A stretch of 64,000 nt of DNA from an uncultured Micavibrio sp. (GTDB lineage Bacteria > Pseudomonadota > Alphaproteobacteria > Micavibrionales > Micavibrionaceae). The stretch covers positions 64,632 to 128,631 of the forward strand of contig CAYZHM010000003.1 in NCBI GenBank assembly GCA_964478225.1, given 5' to 3'. Positions within the stretch are counted from its first letter, which is position 1; every line of letters starts with the position of its first letter. Positions 1 to 9,461 of this stretch are shown one piece after another. The notes beneath the pieces are model-generated. The model saw only the letters and a program-made list of their open reading frames with translations, was not told the origin of the DNA and made no database searches. The position numbers and the translations under genes were made by a program.

Positions 1-829
1 GCTCGAACTCATGCAACGTATACATCAACGCTCTCGCAGCTTCGCGCTCACTCAAGGGGCCAAGATCGGCATCAACAGACATGCTTTGAATTTCAACACC
101 CATCCCCTCGGGGTCATGCTCCTTCAAAACGCCAGACAATTGTTCAACCAAATTCTCAGCCGTCAAACTCTTGTCATGCAAAATACCGTACTGATTTTCT
201 GAAATTTGTGTAGCCGATTGCCCATCCAATGATCGCGTCTTCAAAAGACTGGTCATCACGCCCATCATCTGTTCCCACTGATCGCCTGACACTCTGCGCT
301 TCATGCTCTCCAAACCGGACATGTCCAAAAGGGTCAAATCCACTTCTTGTCCCGCCTCTTTCGCAGCCATCAATGTTTCCTGCGCGCTCTTCGCAAAATC
401 TTTCTGGCCCATAAGCCCATTGGCCTCGGCCTGCTGACGGGTTTCCTGCCCCAAACGCCGTGTCAACGTATTGGCATGCGATAACGTGATATAAACCGAA
501 GGACTGCCCGGCATCCGGATTAAACTGACCAAAACAGGGCGTGTCGCATTTTGGGATTCATCTTGCATGGTCACCAAAACCGGCCCGGCCCTGCGCCCAT
601 CCTTGGCATTTCTGGCAAGACTATCCAAAACCGCTTGATCGGGCGAAATAAACAGGTTTTTCCACAAACGCCCCAAAAGCACCTTATCTTCAAAGCCCGT
701 CATGCCCTTAACCGCCCCAAAAGCACTTAAAACCTTGGAATCTTTACCGATTTCCATAAGCATATCTGAGGCCGCAAACGCAAACCCCAGAAAACGGTCT
801 CTCTGATCTTTTAGTGAATCTTCGCTCAT
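1..829 (-). CDS. Hypothetical signalling protein with degenerate GGDEF-like region (N-terminal 276 aa; C-terminus runs off the left edge)
   Basis: Hand translation of the minus strand from ATG at 829-827 stays open to position 1 (MSEDSLKDQRDRFLGFAFAASDMLMEIGKD...). It is absent from the ORF track because no stop lies in the window. ANGLMGQKDF...DLTLLDMSGLESMKRRVSGDQWEQMM...ISENQYGILH resembles a GGDEF fold with the signature replaced. Confidence 0.5.
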   Translation of the reverse strand, partial: MSEDSLKDQRDRFLGFAFAASDMLMEIGKDSKVLSAFGAVKGMTGFEDKVLLGRLWKNLFISPDQAVLDSLARNAKDGRRAGPVLVTMQDESQNATRPVLVSLIRMPGSPSVYITLSHANTLTRRLGQETRQQAEANGLMGQKDFAKSAQETLMAAKEAGQEVDLTLLDMSGLESMKRRVSGDQWEQMMGVMTSLLKTRSLDGQSATQISENQYGILHDKSLTAENLVEQLSGVLKEHDPEGMGVEIQSMSVDADLGPLSEREAARALMYTLHEFE

Positions 830-976
830 CCAGAAGCCAGTGTAACAAAAATTATTAAAGAAATGACCACTGAATACAGGTTTTTGATGTTTTTTCAGGG
901 GGATGATAAGGGATTGATTTTACATGAATTACCATATAAATTTGAACGATTCATAGTAAAAACTAAGGAGTTGAAC

Positions 977-1366
977 ATGAGCTTTCCTAAATTTATCGTT
1001 GCCGAATGTGTGAGAACAGAACCCTATGAAGGTAGAGTGGATCTGCTAACGGCGACTTTCAGAAAAGCAGCTGTAACCATAGACTCCAACGATCCTGAAA
1101 CACAGAAAATTTTTGATAAGCCTCTATATGTTGGGAAGATTGATGAGTTTTTGAAACTAGCCCGGCCGAATGGAGATCTTAAAATGATAGCTATACCTAC
1201 TCATGAAGCCATAGCGTATCAACTGGAGCCGGGTAAAATCTTTATCATCAATGAATTTGCACAGTCTTCGAAACCATCAACCGCAGATGAATCAGACGAG
1301 CCCATGCAGAGTTTACTCCCACGCAAACTAAAAACAGGCCTTTCGGAAACACACTACGGCCCTTAA
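977..1366 (+). CDS. Hypothetical protein
   Basis: ORF 863..1366. The internal ATG at 977 is preceded by AAGGAG (966-971), so 977 is the more likely start. No recognisable motif. Confidence 0.45.
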   Translation: MSFPKFIVAECVRTEPYEGRVDLLTATFRKAAVTIDSNDPETQKIFDKPLYVGKIDEFLKLARPNGDLKMIAIPTHEAIAYQLEPGKIFIINEFAQSSKPSTADESDEPMQSLLPRKLKTGLSETHYGP

Positions 1367-1431
1367 AAAATCACGGGATCTTCTCCTGAAGCAGGGATGA
1401 CAATGGCGCTGTAAGGTGCTAATAGACAGTC

Positions 1432-2730
1432 ATGATACCAAGATACACCCGCCCAGAAATGGCCAAAATCTTTGAACCCGAAAACCGGTTCAAGATCTGG
1501 CTCGAGATCGAAACCCATGCTCTCGATAAAATGGCCGACCTTGGAACAGTGCCCAAATCCGCAGCCAAAGCCTTGCGTGAGAAAGGCGATTTCAACGTCG
1601 CCCGCATTGATGAAATTGAGCGCGAAGTCAAACATGACGTTATCGCCTTCCTGACCTCAGTCGCTGAATTTGTCGGCGAAGACTCCCGCTACGTCCACCA
1701 AGGCATGACCAGCTCCGACGTCGTCGACACCGCTTTTGCCGTCCAATTGACGCAAGCCGCCGATATCCTCCTCGAAGATCTCGATAAACTGCTTGCCGCG
1801 CTTAAATCCCGCGCCCAGGAACATGCTAAAACGCTCTGCATCGGCCGCAGCCACGGCATCCATGCCGAACCCACAACCTTCGGCCTCAAACTTGCCGGCC
1901 ATTACGCCGCCTTCAAACGCGCCCGCAAAAGACTGGAAACCGCACGTGAAGAAATCGCCGTCTGCACCATCTCCGGCGCCGTCGGCACCTACGCCACCAT
2001 CGACCCCAAGGTCGAAGAACACGTCGCAAAAAAACTTGGCCTCAAACCCGAAACCGTTGCCACACAAGTCATCCCGCGCGACCGCCACGCCATGTTTTTC
2101 GCCACACTCGGCGTCATAGCCAGCTCGATCGAAAACCTCGCGACCGAAATCCGTCACCTGCAAAGAACAGAAGTCCGCGAAGCCGAAGAGTTCTTTGCCA
2201 AAGGCCAAAAAGGCTCCTCCGCCATGCCGCATAAACGCAATCCGATTTTGACCGAAAACCTGACAGGTCTCGCAAGGCTTGTTCGTTCGATGGTCATCCC
2301 CGCCATGGAAAATGTCACCCTCTGGCATGAACGCGATATTTCGCATTCCTCCGTCGAACGTAACATCGGCCCCGATGCCTGCGTCACGCTCGACTTCGCC
2401 CTCTACCGCCTCACCACCGTCATCGAAAATCTGCTCGTATACCCCGAAACCATGATGGATAATTTGCAAAAAACCGGCGGCCTTGTCTTCTCGCAGCGCC
2501 TCCTCCTCGCCCTCACCCAAAACGGCATCAGCCGCGAGGACGCCTATAAAATCGTACAGAAAAACGCTATGGACGTTTGGGAATCACGTGGAACCAAAAC
2601 CTTACGCACTGCAATTGAGAGTGACCCGCAAGTCACTGAAAAACTTGACAAAAAATCATTAGATACTATATTCGATTACAATCACTACATTAAGAACATC
2701 GATAAAATCATCAAACGCGCATTGCAATAA
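1432..2730 (+). CDS. purB: Adenylosuccinate lyase
   Basis: 432 aa. N-terminus [10 protein letters not shown] and the fumarate-lyase signature [11 protein letters not shown] are typical of PurB. Confidence 0.95.
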   Translation: MIPRYTRPEMAKIFEPENRFKIWLEIETHALDKMADLGTVPKSAAKALREKGDFNVARIDEIEREVKHDVIAFLTSVAEFVGEDSRYVHQGMTSSDVVDTAFAVQLTQAADILLEDLDKLLAALKSRAQEHAKTLCIGRSHGIHAEPTTFGLKLAGHYAAFKRARKRLETAREEIAVCTISGAVGTYATIDPKVEEHVAKKLGLKPETVATQVIPRDRHAMFFATLGVIASSIENLATEIRHLQRTEVREAEEFFAKGQKGSSAMPHKRNPILTENLTGLARLVRSMVIPAMENVTLWHERDISHSSVERNIGPDACVTLDFALYRLTTVIENLLVYPETMMDNLQKTGGLVFSQRLLLALTQNGISREDAYKIVQKNAMDVWESRGTKTLRTAIESDPQVTEKLDKKSLDTIFDYNHYIKNIDKIIKRALQ

Positions 2731-2741
2731 GGAGATTGGAT

Positions 2742-3230
2742 ATGAAAGGCGATAAAAAAGTTATAGCAGCCCTGAATGACGGCTTGAAAAAAGAACTCAC
2801 CGCCATCAACCAATACTTCCTGCATTCACGTATGCTCGAAAGCTGGGGCGTCACCAAACTCGCCAAACATGAGTACAAAGAATCGATCGAGGAAATGCAC
2901 CACGCCGATCGCTTCATCCAACGCATCCTCTTGCTCGAAGGAGTCCCCAATCTCCAACACGTCGATAAACTTTTGATTGGCGAAAGCGTCAAGGAAGTTC
3001 TCGAATGCGACCTCAAGCTGGAGCAAGGCGGAATCAAAGCCTACCGCGAAGCCGTAAAAATCTGTGAAGACGCCGGCGATTACGTCTCCCGTGATCTTTT
3101 CGTGCAAATCCTCAAAGACGAGGAAGAGCACGCCGATCACTACGAAACACAGCTCGACCTCATCAAGCAGATTGGTATCGAACGCTACATCACTCTCAAT
3201 TCCGATCCACTGATCGACGCGGAAGCATAA
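2742..3230 (+). CDS. bfr: Bacterioferritin
   Basis: MKGDKKVIAALNDGLKKELTAINQYFLHSRM... is a typical Bfr N-terminus. AAGGAG lies just upstream of the ATG at 2742. The track ORF begins 6 nt earlier at a TTG. Confidence 0.93.
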   Translation: MKGDKKVIAALNDGLKKELTAINQYFLHSRMLESWGVTKLAKHEYKESIEEMHHADRFIQRILLLEGVPNLQHVDKLLIGESVKEVLECDLKLEQGGIKAYREAVKICEDAGDYVSRDLFVQILKDEEEHADHYETQLDLIKQIGIERYITLNSDPLIDAEA

Positions 3231-3278
3231 GCAATCCACCTGTAAATAAGAATCACTTGCATTTAAGTCGTTTTTAGG

Positions 3279-3297
3279 TAATAATGATTCTCATTAC
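3279..3297. promoter_or_regulatory. Fur-box-like operator upstream of bfd
   Basis: TAATAATGATTCTCATTAC compared with the Fur consensus GATAATGATAATCATTATC. It lies about 40 nt upstream of the bfd start. Confidence 0.5.
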
Positions 3298-3337
3298 GCT
3301 TAAGCTTTTCTTCAGCTAAAGAAAGTACAATGCAATC

Positions 3338-3529
3338 ATGATACTATGCCTCTGCCATCCCTTCTCCGACAAAGACGCCGTCCAGCACATGCGCGAAAGC
3401 GGTGAAAAATGCCGCGTCGCCGACGTATACAAAGCCTGCACCGGCGGCGAAAAACCTCAATGCGCTTCATGCGTATGTCTTTTAAAAGACATGGTTAAAA
3501 CCCACAACGCTACTCTGAAGAAAGCCTAG
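3338..3529 (+). CDS. bfd: Bacterioferritin-associated ferredoxin (BFD-like [2Fe-2S] protein)
   Basis: 63 aa. N-terminal CLC pair and C-terminal CASCVC pair match the Bfd pattern, and it is adjacent to bfr. Confidence 0.8.
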   Translation: MILCLCHPFSDKDAVQHMRESGEKCRVADVYKACTGGEKPQCASCVCLLKDMVKTHNATLKKA

Positions 3530-3600
3530 TACCCCCTTGCTTTCTCCCGCCCCATGTGGCACGACTCAAATTCCACAAACAACATCAAACAAAGGACATC

Positions 3601-4242
3601 ATGATGTTCAAAAAATTTATTTACCTTATCGGGAGTATTATTCTTATGACAGGCACAACCCCAGCACACGCTGCAGACCCTGAAAACACAATCGTCATGG
3701 AGCTTTCCACCGGCGGAAACGTAACAATCGAATTAAAACCAGACGCCGCACCAAAACATGTTGAGCGTATCAAACAACTGACACGCGAAGGATTCTATAA
3801 CGGAATCATTTTCCACCGCGTGATCGACGGTTTCATGGCCCAAACAGGCGACCCAACCGGCACAGGCATGGGCGGCTCTGAATACCCTGACCTTAAAGCC
3901 GAATTCAACAAACTCCATCACGGCCGCGGCGCAGTCTCAATGGCCCGCGCCAATGACCCCGACAGCGCGAATTCGCAATTCTTTATCTGCTTTAATGATT
4001 GTGGCTTCCTTGATGGTCAATACACCGTCTGGGGCCAGGTCATTGAAGGCATGGACTATGTCGATCAAATTGCGAAAGGTGAACCACCAGCAAATCCCGA
4101 CAAAATTGTCTCCATGCGCGTCGCAAACGACCTGCAAGTTCCAAAAGACATGACCGAAGGCGTAGCGCCGGCAACAGATGCAGCACCAGCAGCACCTGAA
4201 CCAGCACACGACGCAGAGCATGTCGAACCGGCAACGGAATAA
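3601..4242 (+). CDS. Cyclophilin-type peptidyl-prolyl cis-trans isomerase, secreted
   Basis: FHRVIDGFMAQTGDPTGTGMGG and SMARANDPDSANSQFFI are cyclophilin motifs. ATG at 3601 gives signal peptide MMFKKFIYLIGSIILMTGTTPAHA. The A/P/E-rich C-terminal tail is unusual. Confidence 0.9.
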   Translation: MMFKKFIYLIGSIILMTGTTPAHAADPENTIVMELSTGGNVTIELKPDAAPKHVERIKQLTREGFYNGIIFHRVIDGFMAQTGDPTGTGMGGSEYPDLKAEFNKLHHGRGAVSMARANDPDSANSQFFICFNDCGFLDGQYTVWGQVIEGMDYVDQIAKGEPPANPDKIVSMRVANDLQVPKDMTEGVAPATDAAPAAPEPAHDAEHVEPATE

Positions 4243-4250
4243 TGAATACC

Positions 4251-4280
4251 AAAACGGCGGCCTCAAAGCCGCCGTTTTTT
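4251..4280. terminator. Bidirectional intrinsic terminator between the PPIase and transporter genes
   Basis: AAAACGGCGGC-CTCAAA-GCCGCCGTTTTTTT: a GC stem flanked by an A-run and a T-run. Confidence 0.7.
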
Positions 4281-5185
4281 TACAAAGCCTTCAACGCTAT
4301 AATCACCGCCGCACAAGCCACAATCCCCAACCCCGACAACACATCACCTTTTTCCTTGTGACGGATCAAACGGTAATAAAGCAAAATAATCATCGTGTCG
4401 GTAAACTTGATCGCCGGAATAAGACCAGGGTTATCGACGATTTGAATCGCCGCGACGTTCGATGCCGCCATCAGCGAACAAAACACCGCCACCATAAACC
4501 CGCCCTTGGCCGCCTCCCGCGTAATCAATTCGCGCAAAGGCACAGGCGGCCGCACCACATAATAAACCGACCACATCGCAATCATCACCAGCGCTTCGAA
4601 CAGCACGTATGCAAATGGGCCCTGACTGGAGCTCGCATGGTTCATCATGAGCTTCGCCGCCAGCGGCCCCGCCACCGAAGCAAAAATCACAAACCAGATC
4701 AACCGCACCGCCTGCCAGCTCACCGGGCAATGCCGCAAATTCATCGCGAAATACACGGACGCGCAGAGCGCCGCAACAACGAACAAACTCCGCACTGGCG
4801 TTTCCGCATACTCCGCAAACAATGCGGGGTTAAACAAAAACCACAAACAAAACGTCAGAATAACCGAACCCGGTAAAATCCGCGAAATCGTTCCCGCCCC
4901 GACTTTCGGAATAGCGTTAAAAAATATGACGTCACTAATCACCCACAAAATCGCCTGCCCGCACAGCAGCATGTAAAAATAAGGATTATCAGGCAGACCA
5001 AAATACAAGGCCAAAGGCAACATCAGAACGACAGACCAAACCTTGTTCCAGAACGCCATCACAAAGCCGTTAAGCTTCACACGCTCCTGCACCAGAAAAA
5101 CCCCCGCCGACAACGTCGCGGAAACCAGCCCAAAAATCGCCCAAAGGGGTAATTCCATCCCCTTATGATACATTTTTAGTGACAT
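4280..5185 (-). CDS. DMT/EamA-like multi-pass membrane transporter
   Basis: 301 aa, about 10 hydrophobic segments. The two-halves architecture is typical of the drug/metabolite transporter superfamily. Confidence 0.6.
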   Translation of the reverse strand: MSLKMYHKGMELPLWAIFGLVSATLSAGVFLVQERVKLNGFVMAFWNKVWSVVLMLPLALYFGLPDNPYFYMLLCGQAILWVISDVIFFNAIPKVGAGTISRILPGSVILTFCLWFLFNPALFAEYAETPVRSLFVVAALCASVYFAMNLRHCPVSWQAVRLIWFVIFASVAGPLAAKLMMNHASSSQGPFAYVLFEALVMIAMWSVYYVVRPPVPLRELITREAAKGGFMVAVFCSLMAASNVAAIQIVDNPGLIPAIKFTDTMIILLYYRLIRHKEKGDVLSGLGIVACAAVIIALKAL

Positions 5186-5214
5186 AAGTAATGCAAATTG
5201 TTTAATCTTTCCGG

Positions 5215-6780
5215 ATGAGCACAGATCAAGATTGGTGGCGCGGTGCCGTTATATATCAAATCTACCCCCGCAGCTTTGCGGGCCAAAGCGAACATGGTAC
5301 GGGCACCCTCAAGGGCATAACCGAAAAAATGCCTTACATCGCAGACCTCGGCGTAGACGCCATCTGGATATCACCTTTCTTTAAATCTCCAGGCAAAGAT
5401 TACGGTTATGACGTTTCAGATTATCGCGCAGTTGACCCTATGTTTGGTACCAACAAAGATTTTGAAGATCTTATTGGAGCAGCCCACGCAGCAGGACTAA
5501 AAGTCATCACCGATTACGTCCTCAATCACACATCCGACCAACACGAATGGTTTTTAGAAAGCCGAAGCAGTAGAACAAATCCAAAAGCCGATTGGTATGT
5601 CTGGGCCGATCCCAAACCCGACGGCAGCCCGCCCAACAATTGGGCTGCGCATTTCGGCGGCGATTCATGGACATGGTGCGAAGAACGTGGTCAATATTAC
5701 TTCCATAATTTCCTGGCCGAACAACCAGACCTCAATCTATACAATCACGACGTCCGCAAAGAAATATTCAATATCGCAGAATATTGGATGGAACGCGGCG
5801 TAGACGGATTCCGCCTCGACGCCGCTGCACATCTCTTTCATGACTTACTACTCCGCGACAACCCGCCGCGCACAAAACCCATAAAAGGCGCCTTTGGTGC
5901 AGGCCAAGCTCCTACACAGTTCAACAGCCAAATCCACAAATACGATATTCGCATTAGACCGGCCTTGGCTTTCTTGGAACAATTCCGCACTGTTCTCGAT
6001 AAATTCGGCGCCATGAGCATCGCCGAAGTTGGCAGCGAACGCGGCGTCCGCCTCAGCGCCGAATACACAAACAGTGCCAAACGCCTTCACACAGCTTATA
6101 GCTTTGAGTTCATCTCTGCGAACGAAACCAAACCTTCGCTCATAAGAGACGTCATTAAAGCTTTCAACCAAAAAGAAAAATCCGCATGGCCATCCTGGGC
6201 ATTTTCAAACCATGACTCCGTGCGCGTCGCCAGCCGCCTAAATCCCCGCGGCAATGGCTATGACCATGATCCTCGCCTTTCGAAAATGCTCATCGCGCTT
6301 CTCGGTTCACTGCGCGGAACAAGCTTCATCTACCAAGGTGAAGAGTTGGGCTTGCCCGAAGCAAAAATCCCGCAGGACCGCGTTGTTGACCCTATGGGAT
6401 TAAATCGCAAGCCTCCAGATCAGGGCCGCGATGGGGCACGCACCCCCATGCCATGGACAAACGAAAAGCCACAAAATTCATGGCTTCCGATGCCGGACAA
6501 CCACCTGCCGCTCAACGTCGCAGCGCAGGAAAAAGACCCCTACTCTGTTTTGAATTTCACGCGCGAATTTTTACAATGGCGTAAAAACAACGAAGTTATA
6601 AAACTTGGCGATATAGTATTCAAACGCCATAAACCATCGCAACCAAATCTTCTCGAATTCACGCGCAGTCTTGGAGAACAATCTTTAACCTGCCGTTTTA
6701 ATCTGGCTGCTCCTTATGATTTTCAGATTGAGGGGTTTCATCCTGCGTCTCTTCTCCCTCCTCCAGAACCAACGGCGTAG
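5215..6780 (+). CDS. GH13 alpha-glucosidase / oligo-1,6-glucosidase family
   Basis: GH13 conserved regions are present: DYVLNHTS, GVDGFRLDAAAHL, IAEVGS, FSNHDSVR. N-terminus WWRGAVIYQIYPRSF. Confidence 0.85.
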   Translation: MSTDQDWWRGAVIYQIYPRSFAGQSEHGTGTLKGITEKMPYIADLGVDAIWISPFFKSPGKDYGYDVSDYRAVDPMFGTNKDFEDLIGAAHAAGLKVITDYVLNHTSDQHEWFLESRSSRTNPKADWYVWADPKPDGSPPNNWAAHFGGDSWTWCEERGQYYFHNFLAEQPDLNLYNHDVRKEIFNIAEYWMERGVDGFRLDAAAHLFHDLLLRDNPPRTKPIKGAFGAGQAPTQFNSQIHKYDIRIRPALAFLEQFRTVLDKFGAMSIAEVGSERGVRLSAEYTNSAKRLHTAYSFEFISANETKPSLIRDVIKAFNQKEKSAWPSWAFSNHDSVRVASRLNPRGNGYDHDPRLSKMLIALLGSLRGTSFIYQGEELGLPEAKIPQDRVVDPMGLNRKPPDQGRDGARTPMPWTNEKPQNSWLPMPDNHLPLNVAAQEKDPYSVLNFTREFLQWRKNNEVIKLGDIVFKRHKPSQPNLLEFTRSLGEQSLTCRFNLAAPYDFQIEGFHPASLLPPPEPTA

Positions 6781-7477
6781 ACTCAAACGCCGCCTCATCC
6801 ACCTGCAACGGCTTTTCTTTCGGACTTGCGCGTTTGGCGTCATCCTTAAGCCTTGCAGCTTCTCCGGCCTCCAACTCCAAAATTTTCGCGGCTTCAACCA
6901 TCCGGTTTAAAATCGCCCGCAAAGTTCCGACCTTGTCCAACGGATCAGCCGTATCAAAACGCAACAAGGTTGTATCACCTTTAAAGACCAAGATAACCCA
7001 GCCATTTTTCACCCGGATCAACGTCATCAACGCCTCAATACGTTCAGACGTCAAATAATTCTCTAACGCGGCCGGCTTGTTTGAGAGGGCAATATAATCC
7101 TTTTTCCAGCCCTTATGATCAATTTTAACCTCTTCATTCAACTGCAATTCACGGGCGAACGAAACCATGCCGCCCGACGCCAGCGCGGCCTCAAAAGGCA
7201 TTTTGCTGGAAAGTTGTATTTCAATAGCAGCCAACCTGCGGCTGCCGCGTCCATCCGGGGCCAGATGCTCACCCGTAAAAAGACTAACAGTATAGTCTTT
7301 GTAAGTTCCGTTCATTTCCGGTGATTTGGCAAAACCGCCATCTTTAAATCGCAAACTTTCCCCTTCGGAAAACTCACGCCATGCTTTTTTCTGACGGTAA
7401 AGAATGAGCATATTCCAGCCCATAAAATAAAGCAGCGTCAGCGCAAGACCGAGCCATACCAAAACCCATATATTCAT
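6698..7477 (-). CDS. Hypothetical membrane-anchored protein
   Basis: 259 aa, N-terminal TM helix (IWVLVWLGLALTLLYFMGW), acidic C-terminal tail. It overlaps the 3' end of the glucosidase ORF convergently by 83 nt. Confidence 0.5.
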   Translation of the reverse strand: MNIWVLVWLGLALTLLYFMGWNMLILYRQKKAWREFSEGESLRFKDGGFAKSPEMNGTYKDYTVSLFTGEHLAPDGRGSRRLAAIEIQLSSKMPFEAALASGGMVSFARELQLNEEVKIDHKGWKKDYIALSNKPAALENYLTSERIEALMTLIRVKNGWVILVFKGDTTLLRFDTADPLDKVGTLRAILNRMVEAAKILELEAGEAARLKDDAKRASPKEKPLQVDEAAFESTPLVLEEGEETQDETPQSENHKEQPD

Positions 7478-7547
7478 AGATACATTTTACTGCCGTTACG
7501 GAATTTTGACCAGAGGCTCAGGTACACTCAACTTATTCAACCACAAC

Positions 7548-7853
7548 CTATTTGGTCACTTTCTCTTTAAAGACAGGCTCCATGCCCTTAACCTCTTCCT
7601 CAGGCATAGGTGTTGGCTGAGGTTCAGGCTCAGGTGCAGCAACCGCTTCAGGCTCATGATCATGCACGACCGGTACAATTTTCAATTCCTTCTCTGGCAT
7701 CATCTTCGCAAGAACATAAGCAACACCCGTTCCCGCTGTGCGCTCATTACCATAAGGAAACGCCGTCGTCCGTTGAAATTCCCATCCTTCGCCACAAGCA
7801 GCAAGGCCTAGCAGCAATGAAAACGCAACGAATCGTATTGAATTGTTAACCAT
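7548..7853 (-). CDS. Small lipoprotein
   Basis: Lipobox LGLAAC after a hydrophobic leader. ATG at 7853; the track ORF starts at a TTG at 7877. P/E-rich C-terminus. Confidence 0.55.
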   Translation of the reverse strand: MVNNSIRFVAFSLLLGLAACGEGWEFQRTTAFPYGNERTAGTGVAYVLAKMMPEKELKIVPVVHDHEPEAVAAPEPEPQPTPMPEEEVKGMEPVFKEKVTK

Positions 7854-7886
7854 AGGAATGGCCTTTCTTTCGCTCAAAAGTACATA

Positions 7887-7918
7887 TGTGGAAAACGCAG
7901 TGGAAATAATGTGGATAA
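7887..7918 (-). promoter_or_regulatory. Three direct DnaA-box-like repeats in the lipoprotein promoter region
   Basis: On the minus strand: TTATCCACA (7918-7910), ATTTCCACT (7907-7899), TTTTCCACA (7895-7887). Start-to-start spacing is 11 and 12 nt. Two of the three fit TTWTNCACA. Confidence 0.35.
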
Positions 7919-7986
7919 GGCAATGTTATAACCTCTCCTCATCATACTGTAAAGATGAAATTTAAAAAAGATATGCGAAGAAAAAC

Positions 7987-8544
7987 CTAAGCCGCTTCCG
8001 ACTCGATAAAGTCTTTTTTCTTCAAACGATACAAAACATGTTTTGCAAGCGGGCTATCTTCCGGAAGCTTAGGATACATAAAATCACCCTTTTTATCATG
8101 CTTCATGCCCAGCTTCTCCATCACATGAATGGAACGGCGATTATCAAAGACTGCGTATGCCACAACCTCATCAAGCCCCAACTCAGTAAACGCATAATGC
8201 AGGACAGCAAGCGCCGCTTCCGTAGCATACCCCTTGCCCCAACTCTCATAATCGAGACGCCATGCAATCTCAACCGCAGGCGCAAACGGCACCTCCAATT
8301 CGACATGCCCTAACCCAACAAAACCAATAAATTGTCCGGTTGCCTTAAGCTCGATCGCATAAAAACCATAGCCGTACTTTTTAAAATGAGCCCGAAAACG
8401 CTGCACCAACTTCTCAGTATCCTTCTCATCCAGCCTGCGTGGAAAATACTCCATTATAAGATGGTCGCTATTAATGCGCGCAAAGCCATCCAAATCCTCA
8501 TCCTTCCACTCGCGCAGAATCATCCGTTCAGTTTCTATACTCAT
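7987..8544 (-). CDS. GNAT family N-acetyltransferase (RimJ/RimL-like)
   Basis: ETERMILREW..., IGFVGL..., WGKGYATEAALAVLHYAF are typical of the GNAT acetyl-CoA binding region. ATG at 8544 preferred. Confidence 0.8.
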   Translation of the reverse strand: MSIETERMILREWKDEDLDGFARINSDHLIMEYFPRRLDEKDTEKLVQRFRAHFKKYGYGFYAIELKATGQFIGFVGLGHVELEVPFAPAVEIAWRLDYESWGKGYATEAALAVLHYAFTELGLDEVVAYAVFDNRRSIHVMEKLGMKHDKKGDFMYPKLPEDSPLAKHVLYRLKKKDFIESEAA

Positions 8545-8640
8545 ATGCATCACCAATTTGAAAAACATGCGGAGGCTACCGCAGACTAGAAGTGTACAAC
8601 AAAAAAGAAGGTTTTAAAACAGCGGTTTAAAATATTGTCT

Positions 8641-9273
8641 TTAGAAACGATCTTCAACATCTCTACGCATGTCACGAAGCCCTTGCATAACGGTATCATT
8701 TTCCCGAACAAAGAACTCATGATAGCCGGAGCCGATCAAACCCTGCCATCCCGATTGATAACGGCAACGCTCGCGCTTGGTTTTGTATGCCACGCGTTCA
8801 TCCGGACTAAATCGCAAACGATAACTCAGCATTGTGCCGTCAACCTTACCGCCGGCCATATTCAGCCCCTGTACATTGAAACCGAGCCGATTATCGCCCC
8901 ATTCATAGGCCAGCAATGCTTTGCGATCAAACCGGTCATGCAATCTGCACTCCGTAGGCACTTTTTGTTGCTCAAAACCCAATTCCGGTGCGGCCTCAGC
9001 TGGCACATCCCACTTTTGCAATACACCAGCGCTGCCCGCGGCGGGTTCCACATCATAAACAGACGCTTCCGCAGGGGACACACGGCCCATTTCAACAGTT
9101 GTAATATCTTCTCTTGGAATCGGAGGCGGCGAAGGCGCAAAGGACATAAGCCGCGTATCATTACTACAGGCGCTCAAAAACCCACATGCCATGATACACA
9201 CAGCAATTCTAAACTTTTTGTGTTTCGCCGCTATTGCGGTCGGAACACGGCTCTCCCAGCGAGTTTCCTCCAT
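8641..9273 (-). CDS. Hypothetical lipoprotein
   Basis: Lipobox FLSAC after a hydrophobic leader. The opposite-strand ORF 8635..9291 has junk-like R/H/T-rich composition. Confidence 0.55.
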   Translation of the reverse strand: MEETRWESRVPTAIAAKHKKFRIAVCIMACGFLSACSNDTRLMSFAPSPPPIPREDITTVEMGRVSPAEASVYDVEPAAGSAGVLQKWDVPAEAAPELGFEQQKVPTECRLHDRFDRKALLAYEWGDNRLGFNVQGLNMAGGKVDGTMLSYRLRFSPDERVAYKTKRERCRYQSGWQGLIGSGYHEFFVRENDTVMQGLRDMRRDVEDRF

Positions 9274-9461
9274 ATTTTAATTGTAACATAAAGATTTTAA
9301 TATCTGCAATTTTAGATAAATTTAAGCCAAATTAACAAAGAGAAATCAGAGACTTGAAAGAAAAAGCTCAGGCACCCCTGCGCAAGAAAATTACGTGGAA
9401 AATGGCGGATTACTTGGGATTAAGACCTTGCAATCATGACCTCGAATGCTACACTAAACCC

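Noticed and set aside
1657-2520. 287-aa minus-strand ORF inside purB
   Set aside because: Shadow ORF antisense to purB. G/A/D/F-rich with no motifs, whereas purB carries its signature motif on the other strand.
4178-4876. 232-aa plus-strand ORF
   Set aside because: It is antisense to the multi-pass DMT transporter gene. Its extreme R/H/N/Q content is not protein-like.
7887-7918. DnaA-box cluster as the chromosomal origin
   Set aside because: There are only three boxes in a 110-nt gap, with no adjacent AT-rich unwinding region of useful length. The flanking genes (GNAT, lipoprotein) are not typical alphaproteobacterial origin neighbours such as hemE. It is kept only as a regulatory candidate.
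8635-9291. 218-aa plus-strand ORF competing with the minus-strand lipoprotein ORF
   Set aside because: The minus-strand product has an ATG start, a lipobox (FLSAC) and balanced composition. The plus-strand product is R/H/T/I-rich with an RRRRRRK run.
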